Assembly (NCBI GenBank): GCA_964016885.1
Contig: CAXHJY010000901.1
Coordinates: 1 to 64,000 of the forward strand
DNA: 64,000 bases
From: Eledone cirrhosa
Lineage: Eukaryota
Reading direction: 5' to 3'
A program made the translations under genes and the position numbers. The notes beneath the pieces were generated by a model. That model did not search any database. It had not been told where the DNA came from and saw only the letters and a list, made by a program, of their open reading frames with translations. The stretch's first letter is position 1. Every line of letters begins with the position of its first letter. Shown here one piece after another: positions 1 through 13,000 of the stretch.

Positions 1-199
1 CTAAGCTATCCTAAGCTAAGCTAAGCTAAGCTAAGCTATACTAAGCTAAGCTAAGCTAAGCTATCCTAAGCTAAGCTAAGCTAAGCTATCCTAAGCTATC
101 CTAAGCTAAGCTATCCTAAGCTAAGCTATCCTAAGCTATCCTAAGCTAAGCTATCCTAAGCTATCCTAAGCTAAGCTATCCTAAGCTAAGCTATCCTAA

Positions 200-1900
200 G
201 CTAAGCTATCCTAAGCTAAGCTATCCTAAGCTATCCTAAGCTAAGCTATCCTAAGCTATCCTAAGCTAAGCTAAGCTAAGCTATCCTAAGCTAAGCTAAG
301 CTAAGCTATCCTAAGCTAAGCTAAGCTAAGCTTTCCTAAGCTATCCTAAGCTAAGCTATCCTAAGCTAAGCTATCCTAAGCTATCCTAAGCTAAGCTATC
401 CTAAGCTATCCTAAGCTAAGCTATCCTAAGCTATCCTAAGCTAAGCTATCCTAACCTAAGCTATCCTAAGCTATCCTAAGCTAAGCTATCCTAAGCTATC
501 CTAAGCTAAGCTATCCTAAGCTATCCTAAGCTAAGCTAAGCTAAGCTATCCTAAACTAAGCTAAGCTATCCTAAGCTAAGCTAAGCTATCCTAAGCTAAG
601 CTAAGCTAAGCTATCCTAAGCTAAGCTAAGCTAAGCTATCCTAAGCTAAGCTAAGCTAAGCTATCCTAAGCCAAGCTAAGCTAAGCTATCCTAAGCCAAG
701 CTAAGCTAAGCTATCCTAAGCTAAGCTAAGCTAAGCTATCCTAAGCTAAGCTAAGCTAAGCTATCCTAAGCTAAGCTAAGCTAAGCTATCCTAAGCTAAG
801 CTAAGCTAAGCTATCCTAAGCTAAGCTAAGCTAAGCTATCCTAAGCTAAGCTAAGCTAAGCTATCCTAAGCTAAGCTAAGCTAAGCTATCCTAAGCTAAG
901 CTAAGCTAAGCTATCCTAAGCTAAGCTAAGCTAAGCTATCCTAAGCTAAGCTATCCTAAGCTAAGCTAAGCTAAGCTATCCTAAGCTAAGCTAAGCTAAG
1001 CTATCCTAAGCTAAGCTAAGCTATCCTAAGCTAAGCTAAGCTAAGCTATCCTAAGCTAAGCTAAGCTAAGCTATCCTAAGCTAAGCTAAGCTAAGCTATC
1101 CTAAGCTAAGCTAAGCTAAGCTATCCTAAGCTAAGCTAAGCTAAACTATCCTAAGCTAAGCTAAGCTATCCTAAGCTAAGCTAAGCTAAGCTATCCTAAG
1201 CTAAGCTAAGCTAAGCTTTCCTAAGCTATCCTAAGCTAAGCTATCCTAAGCTAAGCTAAGCTAAGCTATTCTAAGCTAAGCTAAGCTATCCTAAGCTAAG
1301 CTAAGCTATCCTAAGCTAAGCTATCCTAAGCTATCCTAAGCTAAGCTATCCTAAGCTATCCTAAGCTAAGCTATCCTAAGCTAAGCTATCCTAAGCTAAG
1401 CTATTCTAAGCTAAGCTAAGCTAAGCTATCCTAAGCTAAGCTAAGCTAAGCTATCCTAAGCTAAGCTAAGCTAAGCTATCCTAAGCTAAGCTAAGCTAAG
1501 CTATCCTAAGCTAAGCTAAGCTAAGCTATCCTAAGCTAAGCTAAGCTAAGCTATCCTAAGCTAAGCTAAGCTATCCTAAGCTAAGCTAAGCTAAGCTATC
1601 CTAAGCTAAGCTAAGCTAAGCTATCCTAAGCTATCCTAAGCTAAGCTATCCTAAGCTAAGCTATCCTAAGCTATCCTAAGCTATCCCAAGCTAAGCTATC
1701 CTAAGCTAAGCTAAGCTAAGCTATCCTAAGCTAACCTATCCTAAGCTAAGCTATCCTAAGCTATCCTAAGCTAAGCTATCCTAATCTATCCTAAGCTAAG
1801 CTATCCTAAGCTATCCTAAGCTAAGCTATCCTAAGCTATCCTAAGCTAAGCTAAGCTAAGCTATCCTAAGCTATCCTAAGCTAAGCTATCCTAAGCTAAG
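200..1900 (+). repeat. More diverged homologue of ~11800-13500 (offset ~11.6 kb)
   Basis: CTTTC 331/11912, CTAAC 451/12032, CTAAA 551/12157, CCAAG pair 671,696/12257,12282, CTTTC 1216/12817, CTATT 1401/13022, CCAAG 1686/13297, CTAAT 1781/13392. Each copy also has private variants. Confidence 0.85.
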
Positions 1901-3330
1901 CTATCCTAAGCTAAGCTATCCTAAGCTATCCTAAGCTAAGCTATCCTAAGCTATCCTAAGCTAAGCTAAGCTAAGCTATCCTAAGCTAAGCTAAGCTAAG
2001 CTCTCCTAAGCTAAGCTAAGCTAAGCTATCCTAAGCTAAGCTAAGCTTTCCTAAGCTAAGCTAAGCTAAGCTATCCTAAGCTAAGCTAATCTATCCTAAG
2101 CAAAGCTAAGCTAAGCTATCCTAAGCTAAGCTAAGCTAAGCTATCCTAAGCTAAGCTAAGCTAAGCTATCCTAAGCTAAGCTAAGCTAAGCTATCCTAAG
2201 CTAAGCTAATCTAAGCTATCCTAAGCTAAGCTAAGCTAAGCTATCCTAAGCTAAGCTAAGCTAAGCTATCCTAAGCTAAGCTAAGCTAAGCTAACCTAAG
2301 CTAAGCTAAGCTAAGCTATCCTAAGCTAAGCTAAGCTAAGCTATCCTAAGCTATCCTAAGCTATCCTAAGCTAAGCTAAGCTAAGCTAAGCTAAGCTATC
2401 CTAAGCTAAGCTAAGCTAAGCTATCCTAAGCTAAGCCAAGCTAAGCTATCCTAAGCTAAGCTAAGCTATCCTAAGCTAAGCTAAGCTAAGCTATCCTAAG
2501 CTAAGCTAAGCTAAGCTATCCTAAGCTATCCTAAGCTAAGCTATCCTAAGCTAAGCTAAGCTAAGCTATCCTAAGCTAAGCTAAGCTAAGCTATCCTAAG
2601 CTAAGCTAAGCTAAGCTATCCTAAGCTAAGCTAAGCTAAGCTATCCTAAGCTAAGCTATCCTAAGCTATCCTAAGCTAAGCTAAGCTAAGCTAACCTAAG
2701 CTAAGCTATCCTAAGCTAAGCTATCCTAAGCTAAGCTATCCTAAGCTAAGCTAAGCTAAGCTATCCTAAGCTAAGCTAAGCTAAGCTATCCTAAGCTAAG
2801 CTAAGCTATCCTAAGCTAAGCTAAGCTAAGCTGTCCTAAGCTAAGCTAAGCTAAGCTATCCTAAGCTAAGCTAAGCTAAGCTATCCTAAGCTAAGCTAAG
2901 CTATCCTAAGCTAAGCTAAGGTAAGCTATCCTAAGCTAAGCTAAGCTAAGCTATCCTAAGCTAAGCTAAGCTAAGATATCCTAAGCTATCCTAAGCTATC
3001 CTAAGCTAAGCTATCCTAAGCTATCCTAAGCTAAGCTATCCTAAGCTATCCTAAGCTAAGCTAAGCTAAGCTATCCTAAGCTAAGCTAAGCTAAGCTATC
3101 CTAAGCTAAGCTAATCTAAGCTATCCTAAGCTAAGCTAAGCTAAGCTATCCTAAGCTATCCTAAGCTAAGCTATCCTAAGCTAAGCTATCCTAAGCTATC
3201 CTAAGCTAAGCTATCCTAAGCTATCCTAAGCTAAGCTATCCTAAGCTAAGCTATCCTAAGCTATCCTAAGCTAAGCTATCCTAAGCTATCCTAAGCTAAG
3301 CTATCCTAAGCTAAGCTAAGCTAAGCTAAG

Positions 3331-3815
3331 CTAACCTAAGCTAAGCTATCCTAAGCTAAGCTAAGCTAAGCTATCCTAAGCTAAGCTAAGCTATCCTAAG
3401 CTATCCTAAGCTAAGCTATCCTAAGCTAAGCTATCCTAAGCTAAGCTATCCTAAGCTATCCTAAGCTAAGCTATCCTAAGCTAAGCTCTCCTAAGGTAAG
3501 CTATCCTAAGCTATCCTAAGCTAAGCTATCCTAAGCTATCCTAAGCTAAGCTAAGCTAAGCTCTCCTAAGCTAAGCTAAGCTAAGCTATCCTAAGCTAAG
3601 CTAAGCTAAGCTAAGCTAAGCTATCCTAAGCTAAGCTAAGCTAAGCTACCTAAGCTAAGCTAAGCTAAGCTATCCTAAGCTAAGCTAAGCTAAGCTATCC
3701 TAAGCTAAGCTAAGCTAAGCTCTCCTAAGCTAAGCTAAGCTAAGCTATCCTAAGCTAAGCTAAGCTTTCCTAAGCTAAGCTAAGCTAAGCTATCCTAAGC
3801 TAAGCTAATCTATCC
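3331..3815 (+). repeat. Representative ~0.5 kb variant-marked cassette: CTAAC ... CTCTC-CTAAG-GTAAG ... CTAC ... CTCTC ... CTTTC ... CTAAT
   Basis: The same ordered marker string recurs, fully or partly, around CTAC units at 3646, 6140, 7109, 10463, 14952, 17411, 26140, 28498, 30997, 31971, 35305, 39884, 42003, 44437, 46851, 49155, 51179, 55673, 58162. Confidence 0.9.
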
Positions 3816-5199
3816 TAAGCTAAGCTAAGCTAAGCTATCCTAAGCTAAGCTAAGCTAAGCTATCCTAAGCTAAGCTAAGCTAAGCTATCCTAAGCTAAGC
3901 TAAGCTAAGCTATCCTAAGCTAAGCTAAGCTAAGCTATCCTAAGCTAAGCTAAGCTATCCTAAGCTAAGCTAAGCTAAGCTATCCTAAGCTAAGCTAAGC
4001 TATCCTAAGCTAAGCTAAGCTAAGCTATCCTAAGCTATCCTAAGCTATCCTAAGCTAAGCTAAGCTAAGCTATCCTAAGCTAAGCTAAGCTAAGCTATCC
4101 TAAGCTAAGCTAAGCTAAGCTATCCTAAGCTAAGCTAAGCTATCCTAAGCTAAGCTAAGCTAAGCAATCCTAAGCTATCCTAAGCTAAGCTATCCTAAGC
4201 TAAGTTAAGCTAAGCTATCCTAAGCTAAGCTAAGCTAAGCTATCCTAAGCTAAGCTATCCTAAGCTATCCTAAGCTAAGCTAAGCTAAGCTAACCTAAGC
4301 TAAGCTATCCTAAGCTAAGCTATCCTAAGCTAAGCTATCCTAAGCTAAGCTAAGCTAAGCTATCCTAAGCTAAGCTAAGCTAAGCTATCCTAAGCTAAGC
4401 TAAGCTAAGCTATCCTAAGCTAAGCTAAGCTATCCTAAGCTAAGCTAAGCTAAGCTATCCTAAGCTAAGCTAAGCTAAGCTATCCTAAGCTAAGCTAAGC
4501 TATCCTAAGCTAAGCTAAGCTAAGCTCTCCTAAGCTAAGCTAAGCTAAGCTATCCTAAGCTATCCTAAGCTAAGCTATCCTAAGCTAAGCTATCCTAAGC
4601 TATCCTAAGCTAAGCTATCCTAAGCTAAGCTAAGCTAAGCTATCCTAAGCTAAGCTAAGCTATCCTAAGCTAAGCTAAGCTAAGCTATCCTAAGCTAAGC
4701 TAAGCTAAGCTATCCTAAGCTAAGCTAAGCTAAGCTATCCTAAGCTAAGCTAAGCTATCCTAAGCTAAGCTAAGCTAAGCTATCCTAAGCTAAGCTAAGC
4801 TAAGCTATCCTAAGCTAAGCTAAGCTAAGCTATCCTAAGCTATCCTAAGCTATCCTAAGCTAAGCTAAGCTAAGCTATCCTAAGCTAAGCTAAGCTAAGC
4901 TATCCTAAGCTAAGCTAAGCTAAGCTATCCTAAGCTAAGCTAAGCTATCCTAAGCTAAGCTAAGCTAAGCTATCCTAAGCTAAGCTAAGCTAAGCTATCC
5001 TAAGCTATCCTAAGCTAAGCTATCCTAAGCTAAGCTAAGCTAAGCTATCCTAAGCTAAGCTAAGCTAAGCTATCCTAAGCTAAGCTAAGCTAAGCTATCC
5101 TAAACTAAGCTAAGCTAAGCTATCCTAAGCTAAGCTATCCTAAGCTATTCTAAGCTAAGCTAAGCTAAGCTAACCTAAGTTAAGCTATCCTAAGCTAAG

Positions 5200-7140
5200 C
5201 TATCCTAAGCTAAGCTATCCTAAGCTAAGCTAAGCTATCCTAAGCTAAGCTAAGCTAAGCTATCCTAAGCTAAGCTAAGCTATCCTAAGCTAAGCTAAGC
5301 TAAGCTGTCCTAAGCTAAGCTAAGCTAAGCTATCCTAAGCTAAGCTAAGCTAAGCTATCCTAAGCTAAGCTAAGCTATCCTAAGCTAAGCTAAGCTAAGC
5401 TATCCTAAGCTAAGCTAAGCTAAGCTATCCTAAGCTAAGCTAAGCTAAGCTATCCTAAGCCAAGCTAAGCTATCCTAAGCTAAGCTAAGCTAAGCTGTCC
5501 TAAGCTAAGCTATCCTAAGCTATCCTAAGCTATCCTAAGCTAAGCTATCCTAAGCTATCCTAAGCTAAGCTATCCTAAGCTATCCTAAGCTAAGCTAAGC
5601 TAAGCTATCCTAAGCTAAGCTAAGCTAAGCTAAGCTAAGCTATCCTAAGCTAAGCTAAGCTAAGCTATCCTAAGCTATCCTAAGCTAAGCTATCCTAAGC
5701 TAAGCTATCCTAAGCTATCCTAAGCTAAGCTATCCTAAGCTATCCTAAGCTAAGCTATCCTAAGCTAAGCTATCCTAAGCTATCCTAAGCTAAGCTATCC
5801 TAAGCTATCCTAAGCTAAGCTATCCTAAGCTAAGCTAAGCTAAGCTAAGCTAACCTAAGCTAAGCTATCCTAAGCTAAGCTAAGCTAAGCTATCCTAAGC
5901 TAAGCTAAGCTAAGCTATCCTAAGCTATCCTAAGCTAAGCTATCCTAAGCTAAGCTATCCTAAGCTAAGCTATCCTAAGCTATCCTAAGCTAAGCTATCC
6001 TAAGCTAAGCTCTCCTAAGGTAAGCTATCCTAAGCTATCCTAAGCTAAGCTATCCTAAGCTATCCTAAGCTAAGCTAAGCTAAGCTATCCTAAGCTAAGC
6101 TAAGCTAAGCTAAGCTATCCTAAGCTAAGCTAAGCTAAGCTACCTAAGCTAAGCTAAGCTAAGCTATCCTAAGCTAAGCTATCCTAAGCTAAGCTAAGCT
6201 AAGCTATCCTAAGCTAAGCTAAGCTAAGCTATCCTAAGCTAAGCTAAGGTATCCTAAGCTAAGCTAAGCTAAGCTGTCCTAAGCTAAGCTAAGCTAAGCT
6301 ATCCTAAGCTAAGCTAAGCTAAGCTATCCTAAGCTAAGCTAAGCTATCCTAAGCTAAGCTAAGCTAAGCTATCCTAAGCTAAGCTAAGCTAAGCTATCCT
6401 AAGCTAAGCTAAGCTAAGCTATCCTAAGCCAAGCTAAGCTATCCTAAGCTAAGCTAAGCTAAGCTGTCCTAAGCTAAGCTATCCTAAGCTATCCTAAGCT
6501 ATCCTAAGCTAAGCTATCCTAAGCTATCCTAAGCTAAGCTATCCTAAGCTATCCTAAGCTAAGCTAAGCTAAGCTATCCTAAGCTAAGCTAAGCTAAGCT
6601 AAGCTAAGCTATCCTAAGCTAAGCTAAGCTAAGCTATCCTAAGCTATCCTAAGCTAAGCTATCCTAAGCTAAGCTATCCTAAGCTATCCTAAGCTAAGCT
6701 ATCCTAAGCTATCCTAAGCTAAGCTATCCTAAGCTAAGCCATCCTAAGCTATCCTAAGCTAAGCTATCCTAAGCTATCCTAAGCTAAGCTATCCTAAGCT
6801 AAGCTAAGCTAAGCTAAGCTAACCTAAGCTAAGCTATCCTAAGCTAAGCTAAGCTAAGCTATCCTAAGCTAAGCTAAGCTAAGCTATCCTAAGCTATCCT
6901 AAGCTAAGCTATCCTAAGCTAAGCTATCCTAAGCTAAGCTATCCTAAGCTATCCTAAGCTAAGCTATCCTAAGCTAAGCTCTCCTAAGGTAAGCTATCCT
7001 AAGCTATCCTAAGCTAAGCTATCCTAAGCTATCCTAAGCTAAGCTAAGCTAAGCTATCCTAAGCTAAGCTAAGCTAAGCTAAGCTATCCTAAGCTAAGCT
7101 AAGCTAAGCTACCTAAGCTAAGCTAAGCTAAGCTATCCTA
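5200..7140 (+). repeat. Tandem duplication of a ~970 bp unit (2 copies)
   Basis: Constant 969 bp offset: CTGTC 5305/6274, CCAAG 5460/6429, CTGTC 5495/6464, GTAAG 6020/6989, CTAC 6140/7109. Confidence 0.93.
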
Positions 7141-10099
7141 AGCTAAGCTAAGCTAAGCTATCCTAAGCTAAGCTAAGCTAAGCTCTCCTAAGCTAAGCTA
7201 AACTAAGCTATCCTAAGCTAAGCTAAGCTTTCCTAAGCTAAGCTAAGCTAAGCTATCCTAAGCTAAGCTAATCTATCCTAAGCTAAGCTAAGCTAAGCTA
7301 TCCTAAGCTAAGCTAAGCTAAGCTATCCTAAGCTAAGCTAAGCTAAGCTATCCTAAGCTAAGCTAAGCTAAGCTATCCTAAGCTAAGCTAAGCTATCCTA
7401 AGCTAAGCTAAGCTAAGCTATCCTAAGCTAAGCTAAGCTATCCTAAGCTAAGCTAAGCTAAGCTATCCTAAGCTATCCTAAGCTATCCTAAGCTAAGCTA
7501 AGCTAAGCTATCCTAAGCTAAGCTAAGCTAAGCTATCCTAAGCTAAGCTAAGCTAAGCTATCCTAAGCTAAGCTAAGCTATCCTAAGCTAAGCTAAGCTA
7601 AGCTATCCTAAGCTAAGCTAAGCTATCCTAAGCTAAGCTAAGCTAAGCTATCCTAAACTAAGCTAAGCTAAGCTATCCTAAGCTAAGCTAAGCTAAGCTA
7701 TCCTAAGCTAAGCTAAGCTAAGCTATCCTAAGCTAAGCTATCCTAAGCTATCCTAAGCTAAGCTAAGCTAAGCTAACCTAAGCTAAGCTATCCTAAGCTA
7801 AGCTATCCTAAGCTAAGCTATCCTAAGCTAAGCTAAGCTAAGCTATCCTAAGCTAAGCTAAGCTAAGCTATCCTAAGCTAAGCTAAGCTAAGCTATCCTA
7901 AGCTAAGCTAAGCTATCCTAAGCTAAGCTAAGCTAAGCTATCCTAAGCTAAGCTAAGCTAAGCTATCCTAAGCTAAGCTAAGCTAAGCTAACCTAAGCTA
8001 AGCTATCCTAAGCTAAGCTATCCTAAGCTAAGCTATCCTAAGCTAAGCTAAGCTAAGCTATCCTAAGCTAAGCTAAGCTAAGCTATCCTAAGCTAAGCTA
8101 AGCTAAGCTATCCTAAGCTAAGCTAAGCTATCCTAAGCTAAGCTAAGCTAAGCTATCCTAAGCTAAGCTAAGCTGAGCTATCCTAAGCTATCCTAAGCTA
8201 AGCTATCCTAAGCTAAGCTATCCTAAGCTATCCTAAGCTAAGCTATCCTAAGCTAAGCTAAGCTAAGCTATCCTAAGCTAAGCTATCCTAAGCTAAGCTA
8301 TCCTAAGCTATCCTAAGCTAAGCTATCCTAAGCTATCCTAAGCTAAGCTAAGCTAAGCTAAGCTAAGCTAAGCTATCCTAAGCTAAGCTAAGCTAAGCTA
8401 TCCTAAGCTAAGCTAAGCTAAGCTATCCTAAGCTATCCTAAGCTAAGCTATCCTAAGCTAAGCTATCCTAAGCTATCCTAAGCTAAGCTATCCTAAGCTA
8501 TCCTAAGCTAAGCTATCCTAAGCTAAGCTATCCTAAGCTAAGCTATCCTAAGCTATCCTAAGCTAAGCTATCCTAAGCTATCCTAAGCTAAGCTAAGCTA
8601 AGCTATCCTAAGCTAAGCTAAGCTAAGCTATCCTAAGCTAAGCTAAGCTAAGCTTTCCTAAGCTATCCTAAGCTAAGCTATCCTAAGCTAAGCTATCCTA
8701 AGCTATCCTAAGCTAAGCTATCCTAAGCTATCCTAAGCTAAGCTATCCTAAGCTATCCTAAGCTAAGCTATCCTAACCTAAGCTATCCTAAGCTATCCTA
8801 AGCTAAGCTATCCTAAGCTATCCTAAGCTAAGCTATCCTAAGCTATCCTAAGCTAAGCTAAGCTAAGCTATCCTAAGCTAAGCTAAGCTTTCCTAAGCTA
8901 AGCTAAGCTAAGCTATCCTAAGCTAAGCTAATCTATCCTAAGCTAAGCTAAGCTAAGCTATCCTAAGCTAAGCTAAGCTAAGCTATCCTAAGCTAAGCTA
9001 AGCTAAGCTATCCTAAGCTAAGCTAAGCTATCCTAAGCTAAGCTAAGCTAAGCTATCCTAAGCTAAGCTAAGCTAAGCTATCCTAAGCTAAGCTAAGCTA
9101 AGCTATCCTAAGCTAAGCTAAGCTATCCTAAGCTAAGCTAAGCTATCCTAAGCTAAGCTAAGCTAAGCTATCCTAAGCTAAGCTAAGCTAAGCTATCCTA
9201 AGCTAAGCTAAGCTAAGCTATCCTAAGCTATCCTAAGCTATCCTAAGCTAAGCTAAGCTAAGCTATCCTAAGCTAAGCTAAGCTAAGCTATCCTAAGCTA
9301 AGCTAAGCTAAGCTATCCTAAGCTAAGCTAAGCTATCCTAAGCTAAGCTAAGCTAAGCTATCCTAAGCTAAGCTAAGCTAAGCTATCCTAAGCTATCCTA
9401 AGCTAAGCTATCCTAAGCTAAGCTAAGCTAAGCTATCCTAAGCTAAGCTAAGCTAAGCTATCCTAAGCTAAGCTAAGCTAAGCTATCCTAAGCTAAGCTA
9501 AGCTAAGCTATCCTAAGCTAAGCTATCCTAAGCTATCCTAAGCTAAGCTAAGCTAAGCTAACCCAAGCTAAGCTATCCTAAGCTAAGCTATCCTAAGCTA
9601 AGCTATCCTAAGCTAAGCTAAGCTAAGCTATCCTAAGCTAAGCTAAGCTATCCTAAGCTAAGCTAAGCTAAGCTGTCCTAAGCTAAGCTAAGCTAAGCTA
9701 TCCTAAGCTAAGCTAAGCTAAGCTATCCTAAGCTAAGCTAAGCTATCCTAAGCTAAGCTAAGCTAAGCTATCCTAAGCTAAGCTAAGCTAAGCTATCCTA
9801 AGCTAAGCTAAGCTAAGCTATCCTAAGCTATCCTAAGCTATCCTAAGCTAAGCTATCCTAAGCTAAGCTATCCTAAGCTATCCTAAGCTAAGCTAAGCTA
9901 AGCAATCCTAAGCTAAGCTAAGCTAAGCTATCCTAAGCTAAGCTAAGCTAAGCTATCCTAAGCTAAGCTAAGCTAAGCTATCCTAAGCTATCCTAAGCTA
10001 AGCTATCCTAAGCTAAGCTATCCTAAGCTATCCTAAGCTAAGCTATCCTAAGCTATCCTAAGCTAAGCTATCCTAAGCTAAGCTATCCTAAGCTATCCT

Positions 10100-13000
10100 A
10101 AGCTATCCTAAGCTAAGCTATCCTAAGCTAAGCTAAGCTAAGCTAAGCTAACCTAAGCTAAGCTATCCTAAGCTAAGCTAAGCTAAGCTATCCTAAGCTA
10201 AGCTAAGCTAAGCTATCCTAAGCTATCCTAAGCTAAGCTATCCTAAGCTAAGCTATCCTAAGCTAAGCTATCCTAAGCTATCCTAAGCTAAGCTATCCTA
10301 AGCTAAGCTCTCCTAAGGTAAGCTATCCTAAGCTATCCTAAGCTAAGCTATCCTAAGCTATCCTAAGCTAAGCTAAGCTAAGCTCTCCTAAGCTAAGCTA
10401 AGCTAAGCTATCCTAAGCTAAGCTAAGCTAAGCTAAGCTATCCTAAGCTAAGCTAAGCTAAGCTACCTAAGCTAAGCTAAGCTATCCTAAGCTAAGCTAA
10501 GCTAAGCTATCCTAAGCTAAGCTAAGCTAAGCTCTCCTAAGCTAAGCTAAGCTAAGCTATCCTAAGCTAAGCTAAGCTTTCCTAAGCTAAGCTAAGCTAA
10601 GCTATCCTAAGCTAAGCTAATCTATCCTAAGCTAAGCTAAGCTAAGCTATCCTAAGCTAAGCTAAGCTAAGCTATCCTAAGCTAAGCTAAGCTAAGCTAT
10701 CCTAAGCTAAGCTAAGCTAAGCTATCCTAAGCTAAGCTAAGCTAAGCTATCCTAAGCTAAGCTAAGCTATCCTAAGCTAAGCTAAGCTAAGCTATCCTAA
10801 GCTAAGCTAAGCTATCCTAAGCTAAGCTAAGCTAAGCTATCCTAAGCTATCCTAAGCTATCCTAAGCTAAGCTAAGCTAAGCTATCCTAAGCTAAGCTAA
10901 GCTAAGCTATCCTAAGCTAAGCTAAGCTAAGCTATCCTAAGCTAAGCTAAGCTATCCTAAGCTAAGCTAAGCTAAGCTATCCTAAGCTAAGCTAAGCTAA
11001 GCAATCCTAAGCTATCCTAAGCTAAGCTATCCTAAGCTAAGCTAAGCTAAGCTATCCTAAGCTAAGCTAAGCTAAGCTATCCTAAGCTAAGCTAAGCTAA
11101 GTTATCCTAAGCTAAGCTATCCTAAGCTATCCTAAGCTAAGCTAAGCTAAGCTAACCTAAGCTAAGCTATCCTAAGCTAAGCTATCCTAAGCTAAGCTAT
11201 CCTAAGCTAAGCTAAGCTAAGCTATCCTAAGCTAAGCTAAGCTAAGCTATCCTAAGCTAAGCTAAGCTATCCTAAGCTAAGCTAAGCTAAGCTATCCTAA
11301 GCTAAGCTAAGCTAAGCTATCCTAAGCTAAGCTAAGCTATCCTAAGCTAAGCTAAGCTAAGCTATCCTAAGCTAAGCTAAGCTAATCTATCCTAAGCTAT
11401 CCTAAGCTAAGCTATCCTAACCTAAGATATCCTAAGCTATCCTAAGCTAAGCTATCCTAAGCTAAGCTAAGCTAAGCTATCCTAAGCTAAGCTATCCTAA
11501 GCTAAGCTATCCTAAGCTATCCTAAGCTAAGCTATCCTAAGCTATCCTAAGCTAAGCTATCCTAAGCTATCCTAAGCTAAGCTATCCTAAGCTATCCTAA
11601 GCTAAGCTAAGCTATCCTAAGCTAAGCTAAGCTAAGCTATCCTAAGCTAAGCTAAGCTATCCTAAGCTAAGCTAAGCTAAGCTATCCTAAGCTATCCTAA
11701 GCTAAGCTATCCTAAGCTAAGCTATCCTAAGCTATCCTAAGCTAAGCTATCCTAAGCTATCCTAAGCTAAGCTATCCTAAGCTAAGCTATCCTAAGCTAA
11801 GCTATCCTAAGCTATCCTAAGCTAAGCTATCCTAAGCTATCCTAAGCTAAGCTAAGCTAAGCTATCCTAAGCTAAGCTAAGCTAAGCTATCCTAAGTTAA
11901 GCTAAGCTAAGCTTTCCTAAGCTATCCTAAGCTAAGCTATCCTAAGCTAAGCTATCCTAAGCTATCCTAAGCTAAGCTATCCTAAGCTATCCTAAGCTAA
12001 GCTATCCTAAGCTATCCTAAGCTAAACTATCCTAACCTAAGCTATCCTAAGCTATCCTAAGCTAAGCTATCCTAAGCTATCCTAAGCTAAGCTATCCTAA
12101 GCTATCCTAAGCTAAGCTATCCTAAGCTATCCTAAGCTAAGCTAAGCTAAGCTATCCTAAACTAAGCTAAGCTATCCTAAGCTAAGCTAAGCTAAGCTAT
12201 CCTAAGCTATCCTAAGCTAAGCTATCCTAAGCTAAGCTAAGCTAAGCTATCCTAAGCCAAGCTAAGCTAAGCTATCCTAAGCCAAGCTAAGCTAAGCTAT
12301 CCTAAGCTAAGCTAAGCTATCCTAAGCTAAGCTAAGCTAAGCTATCCTAAGCTAAGCTATGCTAAGCTATCCTAAGCTAAGCTAAGCTAAGCTATCCTAA
12401 GCTAAGCTAAGCTAAGCTATCCTAAGCTAAGCTAAGCTAAGCTATCCTAAGCTAAGCTAAGCTAAGCTATCCTAAGCTAAGCTAAGCTAAGCTATCCTAA
12501 GCTAAGCTATGCTAAGCTATCCTAAGCTAAGCTAAGCTAAGCTATCCTAAGCTAAGCTATCCTAAGCTAAGCTAAGCTAAGCTATCCTAAGCTAAGCTAA
12601 GCTAAGCTATCCTAAGCTAAGCTATCCTAAGCTAAGCTAAGCTAAGCTATCCTAAGCTAAGCCAAGCTAAGCTATCCTAAGCTAAGCTAAGCTAAGCTAT
12701 CCTAAACTAAGCTAAGCTAAGCTATCCTAAGCTAAGCTAAGCTAAGCTATCCTAAGCTAAGCTAAGCTATCCTAAGCTAAGCTAAGCTAAGCTATCCTAA
12801 GCTAAGCTAAGCTAAGCTTTCCTAAGCTATCCTAAGCTAAGCTATCCTAAGCTAAGCTAAGCTAAGCTATCCTAAGCTAAGCTAAGCTATCCTAAGCTAA
12901 GCTAAGCTAAGCTATCCTAAGCTAAGCTATCCTAAGCTATCCTAAGCTAAGCTATCCTAAGCTATCCTAAGCTAAGCTATCCTAAGCTAAGCTATCCTAA